From contig NW_026889764.1 in the NCBI RefSeq assembly GCF_033153115.1, positions 11,904,001 to 11,968,000 on the forward strand: 64,000 bases of DNA, read 5' to 3'. This stretch comes from Saccostrea echinata. Lineage: Eukaryota. Position numbers and translations under genes: made by a program. The notes below the pieces were generated by a model. It saw only the letters and a list, made by a program, of their open reading frames with translations. It was not told the DNA's origin and made no database searches. Position 1 is the stretch's first letter; every line of letters starts with the position of its first letter. Shown one piece after another: positions 13,249 to 26,940 of the stretch.

Positions 13249-16200
13249 CTACTGGTTTTCAACGTCGTCAATCTCTATTCCATTGTTGTCGACTGCAGCA
13301 ATTAAATTTCTTGTCTCTGTCGCAGACACCTGTAAAATATATAGATAATAGTTTGAAATGTGAAGATAACGAAAAGTGATCATAGTCAAAAGTTCAATTA
13401 AACAATACAAATTGTGATTAGAGCAAACATGGTCCACCGAAAAAAAGAAGTGGAGTTGTGGTATTAGGTGCCATGGAGGAGTGAGCAGGCCCTGTCGACC
13501 AGTCACACCCTCCGAGTGGTCCCTTGTCATGATCGGGTGAACAGAAAAGTCTCATTTCAGTGTGAAAATTAGTGGCCTAACAAATTGTATAAATTTCAGC
13601 CTTATGATAGCTAAAAATACAAACAATGGCATTGTATCGACCATAAAATTTGCGATATGATGAGTTTAAACGAGATTGTTGATACCCTGTATCATCAACC
13701 TATTTGGCAGTTGCCTGACTCGTTTAAAAAAATGTTCGTACATAGAAAATGCTCTTGCGTATCGAAACACATGGTATACATCAACCCCATATGAAGGTGA
13801 TAATGGTATATTGATACATAAATAAAGTAGACGATGAAAAAGTTGATGTCATCACGTTTACCATAAAGTTTATAGTTGTTAGTTTGCCATCAGTGACTTT
13901 CTGTAGTAAAACATCCAAGTTTGAAACAGATGTGTCAGACTGTGGTGTCTTTAATTTAGAGTTTGATTGGATATATCGAATTATCACAGGAATGAAAATG
14001 AATATTGCTAATTGATAATACGTCGATGAAAAATCTAAATTGCGAAAATCGAAGGTCAGCAGCAAGAGAATTCTTCTTTTCATGTAGATTCTGCTTCAGA
14101 AGAATACAAAAAAGCCTGCTGAAATAAAATTGATAGTTTGTAATTTTTTTTTTATTTTACTTTGAATATTACCTACCTTCCCAAAACCAGCACAGTCTCG
14201 AAATAAACAGCGAGGTAATCCTTGAAAACAACATATTAAGTAGAATAACAAAGTACATGAAACACCAATAAAACCAAAAGTGCTTAAATCAACAGCAGAG
14301 GGTGTGTTATTGATGTTCTCGCAAACAAAGTACGTATTTATCTCACTAATAAACGTATGTGATGGACAATTTTGATAGCAAGTGTTTTCATATATGTAAA
14401 ATTTTTTACCGAAAAGGCACATAGAATGGCTGATACATTTATTCAGATAATTCACATACGTATCTGGACACACTGAGTAACAAACGGTTCCATTAAGACT
14501 TTCGTTTCTTAATCCATATGGCTTTGTGCTAGTGCAATTGTTAACACATGTGCCATCTACGATAACCATGTTCTGAGGACACCAGCGGACACATTTTCTT
14601 CCGTTACTGAAATAGGATATCGGGCATTTTGTTGTACATCGATAACCATACATTGGATCTAGAGTGACAAAATAAGAATTAGGACACTTTTCAACTTTTG
14701 AACACACATTATCTATCACAATATGTGTTTTCATGGGACATTTTTGAATGCATTCTTTTGTATTTTCCAACAAAACTGTTTCTTTTGGACAACTTTCCGA
14801 ATAGATACATACTTTGCCAACATCAGACACTATATAAAAAGAAGTGTTTTTGCTACAGTTTGAACTACAAATTCCGTTTTCAACATGAAATAGGTCTTCA
14901 GGGCATTTTCCGTCACAAATATTTCTATTTAGTACATGGCCTTCTGAACATTTTCCAACACAAGTTCTGTTGTGTTTATATAAAAAGGGAAATGATCCAT
15001 AGCATTGTTCTACACATGTAGATAAATAGTGCACCAAATCTGCAGGACATTGACTGTAGCAGGTATCATTATAGAGAAATTCATTTTCTTCACAATATTC
15101 AACACACGAAAATGTTTTATTGTCTTTTACAGACATTATACTTTTGTAAGGATGAGATTCGGGACATTGTGAAAGACAGGTGTAGTTAAATAAGGAAAAG
15201 TTTTTCGGACATTCTACAATACAATGGCTTATGTTGTTCAAGGATAGAACATATTTTTCAGCAGGGCAACGGGAAAGGCATTGCTGATGATAAATAGATG
15301 ATTTCAAAGCTGGATTTGCATTTATATATGGTCGAAGAATATCACACTTTTCGACACATTCCTTCTTTACACTATCAAGATAAGTATTGTTTGGACATAC
15401 AGAAACACAGACATTTTTAAAAGATGCCATGTTGGACTGACATTTTGTGGTGCAGACCCATATCCTGTTGAAGGAAGATGTTTTGAGATACATAAGTGGG
15501 CTTGTTGTTGGGCATTCCTTTGTACAACTTCTATTGAAAAGCAAAGGAAGCCCATGTGGACACACCGTATCGCAGGAATATCCGTTAACTGCTGTAAAGT
15601 CTGGACATTCCCTTAAGCAATGTTTAATATCACGAGAATGGAAGACAAATGGATGGGAGTTTGGACAGGTTACCGAACAAGACTTTTTCCCAGAGTAACA
15701 CACACCATCACAAGAATAGGCTGTCATATATGGGGCTTCGTCTGGACAATGCATTAGACATGTTTTGTTAAAATCAACCGTATATTCGGGACAGTAATTT
15801 AGACAATATCCATTAAAACAGTACAGGAGTTGCTGATTACACATAGCTTTAAGGCATTCTAAGTTTCTGTTGGGGCTATTTATACAATATTTTATGAATC
15901 CATTGTCCTGTTTGAATGTCAAAATTGGGCAGTTGTCGAAACATTTTTCTTGAAAAACATACTGATTTCCTGGACATGTTTCTTTGCAAAAGGTTTTTGA
16001 AACGAAGTGTGTTTTAGAATTATATATCCGTGTTGTAACAGTCACTTCTGTTGGCAAGCAGTTTGTTTTAAGAACCTGAAAAGGAGCATAAATGAAATCT
16101 TAATTAAAACATAACAAATTTAGCATGAAAATTTTGAAATACATATTTAAGAAACAAATAATCTCATTTTAAATAATTATGAGTTTACAATGTAAATAAT

Positions 16201-16755
16201 ATTTAGAACATGAACTTATTGCAATTGACATCGTATCTAGTCAGTTCCTGAATTATACAACGACAGGATGTATTGCCTTCTGTTTATTTGAAAGCAGAGA
16301 TGCAAAATATAAATGCATCAACATGCAATAATTTCAGGGTTTAATATTGTTCAGAAAAAAGTCATCATAGCCAATTAATGTGTCTTTTTCATTGGCATTT
16401 ATTATTTTTGCGTGACTTTAATAATAGAAGATGTATACATATATGTCCTTTCGTTTTATTACCTGATGCAAAACCTCCAATAAATTTAATATTTGCAATT
16501 GTAATTAAAAAAACCATAATAAATTAAATCATCTATGGCATTGTATACATATTTCATATACAATACCTTACGGCATTACATTTTTGTATTTTTTCTCCAT
16601 CTGTTAAACTGTTTTATTTTTAAAAAATGAAGTTTGTTATCTTGAATGTAAAAAAACTTAAAGGGAAATATAAAGCGAATTATTTTCCTTACCTCTAAGT
16701 GAACAAAAATGCCATGGAATTGAAGTATCTCAAGTATTAAGCCGATGATTCTCAT
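13249..16755 (-). CDS. Type I membrane protein with furin-like Cys-rich repeats (PCSK5-CRD/VSP-like, no protease domain), 680 aa, 3 coding exons
   Basis: Exons 16755-16693 (MRIIGLILEILQFHGIFVHLE, signal-peptide-like, GTAAGG donor), 16075-14177 (633 codons of CxxxCP repeats plus TM LSTFGFIGVSCTLLFYLICC), 13329-13249 (VSATE..ENQ*). All phase 0 with GT-AG sites. Confidence 0.85.
13355..14040 (-). mobile_element. Penelope-like fragment in intron 2 of the Cys-rich gene
   Basis: LDVLLQKVTDGKLTT, RLKLIISQILW remnants and the conserved GGTGTGACTGGTCGACAGGGCCTGCTCACTCCTCCATGGCACC motif. Confidence 0.75.
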
Positions 16756-19700
16756 TTTATATCGATGTGGTTGTGTCGAAAGTTTGAACCATTGAATCTG
16801 ACGAAAAAATAAATACACTAAACAAAATAGGCCGATCATGCAGGTATGGATGAAAATGAATCCTTGATCCCTTGTCAAGAGGATCACATGTTCAAACACT
16901 AGAATTTTCATTAAATGTGATTAATAATACATATAATCTCAAGATGAAATACCATGTTGAAGGATCTGGAAGGTGAAACATCAACGACTGAATTAATAAC
17001 GATAACAACGACTGAATTAATAACGATAAAGATATGAGAATCGGTTTGTAAGTTGTTAAAATATTTTACCTAAAATATCTAGATAAAAAGTTACAGATTT
17101 CAAAAATTCATAATTGTGTGACTAGTATAAAAATATTTTGGATGATTTTCCTTATACACAGAAAAGATCCAAATAGTTTTGCATTTCATAAAGTGAAGTT
17201 ATGAACTTGTCCTAAGGTTTTCAAAAAAAAAGCACATCGGAGCATGAAATATCTCAAAAGCTGAGGTTTTACCTGGGTTTTCCTTATTCAGTAAATGGAT
17301 TGCTGTGTTTTGCACATAAGTAGGTCAAGCATAGAATACCTGTGTATGAAACGTTTATGAGAAGAAAACGAAGGCAAAAATAAAACTGGGACAACTGGTA
17401 TCCTTTGCGCAGTGAATGTCAACCTTCGTTTTGTGAAAGAGATTGTATTACATGCAGGGCTTTACAGACGTTTTTGAAATAATACATATTCGTTCGGAAA
17501 ATCCTGTATTTGGTATGAATCATCAATTTGGGTTTTCCTCAGGTTGATGAATGACAAAATGATTTTTTCCTCACGTTTGTCGTAAAAAAATTTTTCTGAA
17601 AGTGGCATAATATCATTAAACCTTGCATTCTAAACGCATATGAAGAAACCTAAAATAATCTTCTTACCCATGCAATAACATTTTTTTCTTTCAGGTTGTG
17701 TAATTTTGATTTGTATTAAAAGAAATTATGCTAGTCTAAAGTATGTTGACTAAGCATTTTTACCCGTTGTATTATTTCTTATATATTTCATGAAATATGA
17801 AAGTAACAGTACATTAGTAATTATCTTGAAAGAATAAAGAATTCAGAATGGCAGTATCTGTCATAACTTTATTTTGTTTTACTTATAAGGTAATTACAAA
17901 ATAAAACAATGGTAACAAAACAATGGACAATGATCAAGCATTATAGCAAGTGTCAGTGAGTAAGCGCCAATCCTCAATCTGGCATACATTTGCAAAACAA
18001 AGAGCCACATGGTGCTGACAACCCTGGAAGGTAACCAGAAGTTGTCAGTGATGGCTTGTTGCAAAATTCTGCAGAGTGTCGGCATCAATTGCAGTCTGGG
18101 AGGGTCATTTAAGCCCTGACGATGGTCGATGTGGCACTGGAATCATAAAATTATTCCAGCAGAAACACAGAAGAAAACTACTACAACTTGTACAACGAAG
18201 ATTTATGCTCTAACGTGTCTATACCGAAAAACTATATGTTTTGCTTTTGATTTTAATTTTCTACAGTTTGAATGACCAATCAAAATTTAGCTTTCAATTC
18301 ACTTGTGATTGTAAGCGGAAGTAGAGCAGTCTAGCAAAATTCTTAGGCACTTGGAGGTGTAAAAACGTCTATTTCGTCAAATAAAATGCATTAGAGCGAA
18401 ACGAAGCAAGATATACATTGTAAGTAAAGTATATTGAGAGGATTTATCGCATCAGGCCGTTTACATAAACATCAACAATACCCCAAACCCAATTTTGCCT
18501 CAAAAAGAGTGTCCTACCCTTCCTTTTTTATGCATATACATACTCAATATTTACATAACTTCCAGTGCCCGTGGGTGAGAGTGGTTGGGTGTTCAAAATT
18601 GATGAAGCGGAAAGGATGGGCGCACAGGCGCATTTTATGACCTGGGACTACTTGGGAAATTTGGTTAAGGGGAGCAGAGTTATCGCGCTTAGACTATTCT
18701 TCTTCGATAAGTTGCACGTACCGCACATGGCGGTAAATGCAATTATGCTCAATAGTCCAATTAAACCAGAGAGCAGAGCAAATACAGACCCCTGAAAACA
18801 TCAGAGGTGTCATGGAGGAGTGAGCATCTGTATATCTAGTAACAAAAATGAGTAGCAGTAAAAAGATAAATACTAAATATTTTATTATGTACAAAGATTA
18901 AAAGAGAGTCAAAATGTTACCGATTTTTTTTTAAATTAACATTAAATAGCACACAGAACAATCAAGGCATTAAATTTGAAAAAAAAGAAGAGGAAACTTG
19001 CATGCGGACTTTCCTTTATTTAGTGATTGGAAGGTGTCCTATGTGATCCAGAAATAAAAAAAAAATGTCGTAGGATTATCTTACGTTTAGGAAAATGTAC
19101 TGAAAAAAATTACATTTTCAAATGTCTTTGTGAAACTACAAATGAGGAAATCGCTTTATATCTTCATAAACCCAAACGCTCATCGCGTGACGGAACTGCC
19201 TTGTGTGGCATAATAATGCACTGAGCCGGGCTTGTTGGCATATATAAAATTAATGTTAATTAATATCTAATTTTTTATTGAATCAATAACCAAGTAAAAT
19301 GGCCTTTGTCGTGTATCAAATTTACACCTGATCAATCTGTTTGATCATATCATTACCCCCCCCCCCTCCAAATAATTAAAAAATAATCATAATAAAAAAT
19401 AATAAAAAAAAGGTATGCTAGTAAAAGTACAAAGAATTGAGTCAAGTGGTTCCCCTTTACATTTAAATGACAAGCTGCTTACTTTGTGCTTTTGAGAATA
19501 ACTCATAGCTCTAAATACTTTCTACATGTAACATTATTCGAAATTTAACCATTAAATAGAAATAACAATTACTTTATCTGAATTTTCTTTATCATCTTAG
19601 TTTCATTTTTGGTCAATAAATAGAAAAATTCAAATTTCTTGATGTACATTACTAAAAAAAAGTGTATTTGAAAAGCAACTCAATAGTTCTAATAAAATCC

Positions 19701-22499
19701 AAAAACGACATTTCAAAAATTCAACATTCCTTATTAAATAAAGGGTGTACTTTTAGGTTGTATATTAAAAAAAAAAACATTTAAACAGCAATTAAATGAG
19801 CTTATTTTAGCCTTATCAAGCTTCTTTACCAATAAATTGATTTCTGCTTTATTACTTTATTCACAAAATACACCATGGATAGGCAAAGCCTAACCTTTTA
19901 TCAGTGAAGAAAATACAATTCTATATGCAAAACGAAATACAAAACAATCAGCTTTAAATAAAATCAACAGATTCAATTGCAAAATCAACTGACTCCTTCG
20001 CAAAACGAAAGATCACCGATGCAAAACTAACAGTCATTTCTGTTGAAAATATTAATAGTAAATATTACTTTAAGGTTTGCAATAATATCTGAAAATATGT
20101 GCAATTAACCTATGAGAGCGTCTGCATTATTTAGACTCGTTCAATTAGACAAAAATCTAAATGGAATAAAGGACTTCACAGTGCTTATAACATGTACAAC
20201 AAAATTATGACCGCAACATCTCATTTCATAGGATGCTTTTTTTTGAAACGCATCGGTGTTGATTCTAGCACTGTAAGGAAGATAACTCAAAGACTACCTG
20301 CAGAATAGCAACGAATTGATTCGACAAAAGTCACAATGATTTTATGAAGTGAGATATTGAACACAGGTAATGCTGAAAATTTTCGATATCTGAAATACTG
20401 AATCATTTAAGGCCAATAACTTAATTTGTTTATTAGCTCTAATTAAAAGAGGTGTTGTTTTCACCAATCTTTGTCAGTTTTTCGATCGGTTAAGCTTCTG
20501 TCACAGACATTGGAAAAAACGAACAAATTTCAATAGAAATTTAGAAAACAGCGTAGCTCAGACTGAACAAGAAGAAATCAGATCCCCCCTAAATCAAAAG
20601 ATTCAATTCAATTCAATTCTTTATTTTCCTTATGCCGTATGGCACATCAGATAGTACGATACAAAATATACAAACGAAAAGTAACACATGATAATTTCAG
20701 TAGACTTCCTACATTATATATATACTGAAACGCAAAAGAAACGCAACAAGCAGTAATCTACAAATATTTGAATTTTTCATCTAATGATTTTCATAAATGA
20801 ATACACTAAGGTAAAACTTGATTTGAAAACATCAAAGATTTGATTAAAATGTTAAATGATTATCTTTTAACTTTAGAAAGTAACACATGACTGTTAAAAC
20901 ACCCCCACCCCGGCCATTCAATTACAGCGTGCAAGTCTGCCATACACAACAATTGTAGCTTGATTTCTACGATGCAATAGGTTCATCAGTCGCGAGATCT
21001 GAGCGAAAGAAATATTCTTTGCCATTTTTAAATGCCTGTTTTCCAGATGATGAGGTCGAATTTTCTGTAGCCAAGCGCAAAGTAGTAACCCTTGGACTTC
21101 CGGTCCAAGGGCTGTCATTCATGCTAATGATACGTAAGAGCCTGTTGAGGCGTGATATAGGTCATATTTGCTTCTGCAACTCTCCATCACCTTTATTTTG
21201 AGATTTTCCAGCTAGAGCAATGGAAATGCCTTCTTCAGGAAGCCTTGGCATCGCTTACGGAAAAGATAGGTGAATTCATTTTTCGGAACATTGCTGGTTT
21301 ACTTATGATAAACAGATACAATTCCTTAAAACCCCATAATATTCCCAAATATTTTGTTAAACATGCAATTTTTGATATTTGTTAAGCAGACTCAAATTTA
21401 ACTTCCGGTAATGGTATGAAAATCATTCAATCGTTAAATTACCGATATTTACAAAGTTGAAGAAGTCCTTACTTTTTAGATACAAAATTATATCCTATAT
21501 GTATTATTTCCCCCTAAGATATGATGTTGCGTTTCTTTTGCGTTTCAGTATGTATACATATATAGACCTACATATACAAAACTATTCGATTCTTTCCGTG
21601 TTATATATATTAAATATGTATATACATATTATATGCTACACAAAATTTAGTGGTTCTAATCTTCGTTGTGAAGCGCTAAACAAAACTCTCCCTAATTTTG
21701 ACATTTCTTTAACATTTTGAACACTTAACAATTATTGTATAAATTTAAAGATGGAATGATCTCTATCTGCAGATAGAGAATTAGATAATGGGCATCCTTG
21801 CAACGAACTATACAGTAATTTTAACATTAGAGATTCTGAAGAAGAAAATTAAGAAACACTTTCCTCTTCTTCTCTCCTAATTTATTCTTTGAGCATCATC
21901 TGTGTTTTTGTCCAATTCATTTTCTTTATAGGATTTATGAGATTGCTTATTGTTTCTTTATCTTCACCTTTCAGAAAAAAAAGTGTATTCATATGACTGA
22001 TTTTTAGAAATCTTTAGAAGTTTTTTGCAAATAGCTTGCTTATTCGTGGAAATGAAAGTTTAGAAAAAAAGGTTTTCCATTATAATTCTTTGATCATGAA
22101 GAATAACCTGAGAAACTGTACATATCTGCGGAGTTTTAGTGATGGAAAATCATTTTTTTTTAACTCAGTGAATAATGAATGACTTCCATTGTCTTTCCTG
22201 TTAATAATTAGTCGTATGTCTTTTTTCTGGTACATTAGGGAATCCCATTAAATTTTACAGATAAGTGGATAAGGATGAAGGTTCAGAAATGTTCAATTTA
22301 ATTTGTATACATTTTTCCTCATTTTGCGATATGCAATTTTTAAAGAAATTGAAAGCCAATTTCCAAATCGTTCCGAGCACTATGTACAACCTTCGACATT
22401 TTTTGTAACATTAGAACTTTTTCACTTTAGCTGCTTAACGTAAATGTGATTATTGTATCTATTTATTTTTTTCTTTTTGGCATCAATATTTTCTTATCA

Positions 22500-22745
22500 C
22501 AAAGGCAGTCACAGTTCCTTCGCTAAGCACCCGAAATCGGCAGTGAAAGACACGGATATTTCGGATGAGACCCTTTATACCGAGGTCCCGTTTTGCAAAG
22601 ACACGGCGTTGGCACGATAAAGAACACTCACTGCTCAATGGCCCTAAGTGTCGAGTGTAGCTCTAATTTTAATCTTTTCTCCGGTATATGGTGACATCTC
22701 TAAATGAGTTTAAAAATTTCGAATGGGACGTAAAACAACATACTA
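22500..22745 (+). mobile_element. 5'-truncated tRNA-SINE (core plus tail)
   Basis: TTCGGATGAGACC..ACCGAGGTCCCG..GGCACGATAAAGAAC..CTGCTCAATGGCCC..GGGACGTAAAACAAC. Confidence 0.8.
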
Positions 22746-22967
22746 TTAATCAATCTTATCTTTTATATTAAAGAAGTTTTGAATGTATCTCTTAAAGTGG
22801 AAAAGGTCGTGAGTTAACCATTTATTTCCATACATAAAATCTTCCTTTGAAAACACTTGAAATATTGATAACAATACGAATGATTTTGTCGGAATGTTCC
22901 TTTAATATCACAAACTGTTTTAGTCTTTAAAATTTACATTACATCGAATAACTTTCTAATAAACCTC

Positions 22968-23538
22968 TAGCTGCAATAATGTAGCCCTCTCCGATTTTTT
23001 TAATCTGATATTTTGAGATGAGGGCTACAAATCCTACAATTCCACTGCATCTCCGTAATGGTGCAAATATATTTTTTTAGATACGGGCGACTTCAGGCAA
23101 AATAAATTGTTTTTGCATTCAACTTACTTCCAAAAAGACAGAATTTTTAATTTCTATCAACAACATAGCCCTTCATACGAGAAAACCAAGTAAACTAAAT
23201 CTGCGTGTTTACCAGTCGTTCTCCACAGCAGCCATGACAGTTCTTGTGTGATGTACTGAGACTTTCGATTGAAATTTAGAATCACTTTATAAGGTAAATA
23301 TCGGTTAACGCTAGATGGTACAATGTACAGGTAGGCGGTAAATATCGGTGTGGATAAATGTTTGTGTTGTTTGGTTTCACTAAACATCGATAAATAAAAG
23401 CATTCCATGTGATATTTTTTTCATAAACATTGATATTTATGCTTAAAATAAGGAAATGTTAATAAAATACCCACTTACTGATAATTTGAGCCGAAATTTG
23501 TGCGGTAGTGAATCACCCCCGCATTTGTACCATTACGG

Positions 23539-23573
<35 letters not shown>

Positions 23574-23591
23574 GCTACATTATTGCAGCTA
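22968..23591. mobile_element. MITE with 22-bp TIRs and 9-bp TSD (Mutator/MULE-like)
   Basis: TAGCTGCAATAATGTAGCCCTC ... GAGGGCTACATTATTGCAGCTA, flanked by ATAAACCTC at 22959-22967 and 23592-23600. Confidence 0.85.
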
Positions 23592-23876
23592 ATAAACCTC
23601 ATGAATATTTTTTGTCAACCATCCTCAAAAAAATATTTAAAACATCTGAGGTAAAGCAATTAGCCAAAAAAAAAAAAAAAAAAAAAATCTCAGATATTTG
23701 CCTGAATTGTATTTAGAAAGCATACTCTATTTTAAAAGATATTATTTTTTCAAGGTCTATCAATATAGAATTATTTGGTATATTTATTAAAATATAATGT
23801 AAATCTTCTAACTTCTGCATTATTTTCACGTCAACTTTCTATTAAATGCTTAACGGTCAACTGTACGCAGTTGAAA

Positions 23877-23922
<46 letters not shown>

Positions 23923-24149
23923 ATTGTGTAATTATTCCACTCTAGCTTTAGAAAAGCATAGAAAAGAATATTCGTGTACAAATTGTAGTTTTAAAATTTG
24001 AAATTCAAGAGGCTCATTATTTTAATTGTATTTTAGAGAGACTTGGATTTAATTCTACGAGTGCTAATTGAACTTAAGGTTCCTTTTCAAAAACGGAAGT
24101 TCTTCAAAATCATGTGTCAGTTTTTAAAATTATTTACAATACCTATATT

Positions 24150-25377
24150 GGATTCCTAAACTACATGAAAAACCTCAGAAACAAATATATAATGCAGTTT
24201 CCATGCAGTAAATGTTCTACCAAGCCTCTTTATTTATCACTTAAATATTAACAACAGTGAAGGAGAGACTTCATGAGTACTAAACATATTCGAGAAAGTA
24301 GTGTTAATTAGATGTGGATATTTAAAAACTCCGAGGAACTTTTCGAAAATTTGAAATCACGAAATTTTACTAAATTCAATTACATCAAAGTTTATGCCTT
24401 TTCAACACTTTATACAACCTTTCTCCACGATAAATTAAAGTCCAGGGTTTTTTTTACATCATAGATTAGTTGCTTTTTCAATACAAATGAAACTCGTTTA
24501 TTCACATACCTTGTCACTGGTCATTTACAAAACTATTTTGCATTTAAAAAAAAAGCCACTATGTAAGTAGTCCAAAATATACATGTATATAAAAGATTCT
24601 TTACTTACTGATTAACAATATCTATAATTTAAGATGTATATAGTTTTTGAAAATTGATTCTTCCAACAATCTGTTGGTATTCCTATGTGTTATAATTGTG
24701 TCCCTTTATTTACATACCTATTTTTATATTCATATGAAGCAAAATTTATTCAAAAATCTCTACAAGAAAAGAAGAAGTTTCTTGCTATGACCTTCAATTC
24801 GACATTTTAGATACGTGACGACGTTTTATCATTTCACAATATATATTTTCATTAATATTTTGAATTGATATATCCCTTTGAACTTGAAATAAAAGACATT
24901 ACAAATGAATCTGAACTTATTGAAGTTAAGTTCATCTGTTTCATATATGGATATTTTACTAGAAAAAGACACAACCTAACAACAAAACATTATGAAAAAT
25001 GTGATTTCATTTATTCTATCGTCACCTTCTCTTATTCATGTAGCAATATACTGTTAGCATCTGCATATGGAGTTGATTTGTAGAGAACTCACTACATACG
25101 ATTTGTTTTAAACGATACAATCTATTGACAAATAAGATGATGATGAAAAGATATCAAAAGTCTCGTTTGAAGTCAACATTTCGTAAATTCTATGGTCTAT
25201 ACAATGACCTTGTTAACAAATACAATTTATCATAAAGTCGAATGTTGACAAGTCAAATGCTGACTGACATATTATACAAATTGGTAGACCATTATTTCCT
25301 CACTGAATTGTCTACAGATTTTTTCACTTTGTCTGATCATGACAAAGTGCACACGGCGGCTTTGACACCGGTAGACA
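24150..25377 (+). mobile_element. Penelope-like retroelement RT, long degenerate fragment
   Basis: MWIFKNSEEL, YAFSTLYTT, QQSVGIPM, RY(V)DDVL, IYPFELEIKDIT, RLKSTFRKFYGLYNDL in order; cut off inside its 3' motif. Confidence 0.85.
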
Positions 25378-25485
25378 AATATTATTATCATTCTATTACA
25401 TATCGCCTTTCGGCTCTACGAGGGTATCATGTAGCATTATCTCCGATGCGTATCTCAATTTAAAGAAGCTAAAAAAATGACCTGT

Positions 25486-25593
25486 GTGACGTAAACACAC
25501 CTGTGGTCAGTAGTATATAAAGCACAGCTCCACGTGCCGAAGTCATTCTTTTTCCCTGAGCGGCGTGAGAGTTTACCTGTACAAAAGGTAAAC
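25486..25593 (+). promoter_or_regulatory. Putative Pol II core promoter (CRE-like, TATA, Inr) and first splice donor
   Basis: TGACGTAA ~25487, TATATAAA at 25514, TCATTC initiator ~31 nt downstream, AAG|GTAAAC donor at ~25588, polypyrimidine-TAG acceptor ending 25755. Confidence 0.5.
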
Positions 25594-25914
25594 ATTATCA
25601 AATAGAGATACTTTATAAACTTAGAACTTTGTTCAAAATTTTTAAGGGGTTTTTACTGCTGTAAAACAACTCTTGTTAGATATTAAACTGTTTGAAGGTA
25701 AGTTACGTATAACGTATTCCAAAATCAAAACAGAAAATCTTTTTTTCTGTTTTAGGCATTTTGCCCTTAGGTATTGACAAAATCCAACAGAAAACACAGT
25801 TTTGTAAGATATTTATTGATAAGATTGTGAAAAATCAGCATTTTTCTAATGGAAACACGATCTAGTGTCACAAATAAACTGAAATGTAAATATTTGGAGG
25901 AAATATTGACAATT

Positions 25915-26940
25915 TAGCAAGACTTTACGGGGTAAATTTCCCCCCAAAGAAAATCACTGATTCACAGCTTAAAGATAGCAAAAACCTACAGGCTAAATTT
26001 CCTCTCAAAAATGACATTGATACAGTTAACCTACAGTAATTCAAAGCAAAAGCAACCATTTTTTAGATAGCAAGACTTTACGGGGTAAATTTCCCCCAAA
26101 AGAGTATCACTGATACAGAATTTATGCTTCACAATATCTTGGCAGTAACGAAAATCTACAGGGTAAATTTCCTCTCAAAAAATATTATTGATACAGTTTA
26201 TATACATGTACAGTGATTAAAAGCAAAAAAAACCCCATCTTTTAGATAGCGAGACTTTATGGGGTAAATTTCCCCCCAAAGAAAATAACACATTCACAAC
26301 ATCTTAAAGATAGCAAAAATCTACAGGGTAAACTGCTTCTCAAAAAATTACACCGATACAGTTTCCAAATATTAATTCAAAGCAAAAACACCAATCTTTT
26401 AGAAAGTAAGACAAGATTTTACGGGGTAAATTTCCTCCCAAAGATGGTATCACTAATACAGTATTCAATACTCTTATAAAAGCGAATATTACACTTCGAA
26501 AATCGCAGAACTCTACAGGGTAAATTTCCTCTCAAAAATAACATTGATACAGTTTATATACAGTGTTTCAAAACAAAAACACCCATCTTTTAGATAGAAA
26601 GACTTTACGGAGTAAATTTCCTCCCAAAGGATATGACTGATACAAAATTTATGCTTCGCAATATTTTGGAGGTAGTAAAAATCTACGGGGTAAATTTCCT
26701 CTCAAAAATATTACTGATACAGTTTACATCATATTTAGAACAAACATTGCAACTCGATGATAGCAAGACTTTACGGGGTAACCCCCCCCTCCCAACTAAG
26801 AATATCACTGATACAGTTTATATAATTCACAAAATGAAACAAATATTACTTTTTGAAAAATGAAGAATTTTCAAGGTAAATTTCCTCTCATAAAATAAAT
26901 TAATCCTGTATATATTGTTTACAGAAAAAAGCATACATCA
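25915..26940 (+). repeat. Tandem array of ~70-100-bp monomers with GGGTAAATTTCC(C/T)C core (left arm)
   Basis: Alternating ACTTTACGGGGTAAATTTCCCCC and CTACAGGGTAAATTTCCTCTCAAAAA monomers. Confidence 0.9.

Noticed and set aside
14096-16057. PCSK5 assignment and the 653-aa ORF as a whole gene
   Set aside because: No peptidase S8 or P domain. The ORF is one internal exon plus intron read-through.
16983-17029. 24-bp tandem duplication
   Set aside because: Two copies only; ordinary slippage
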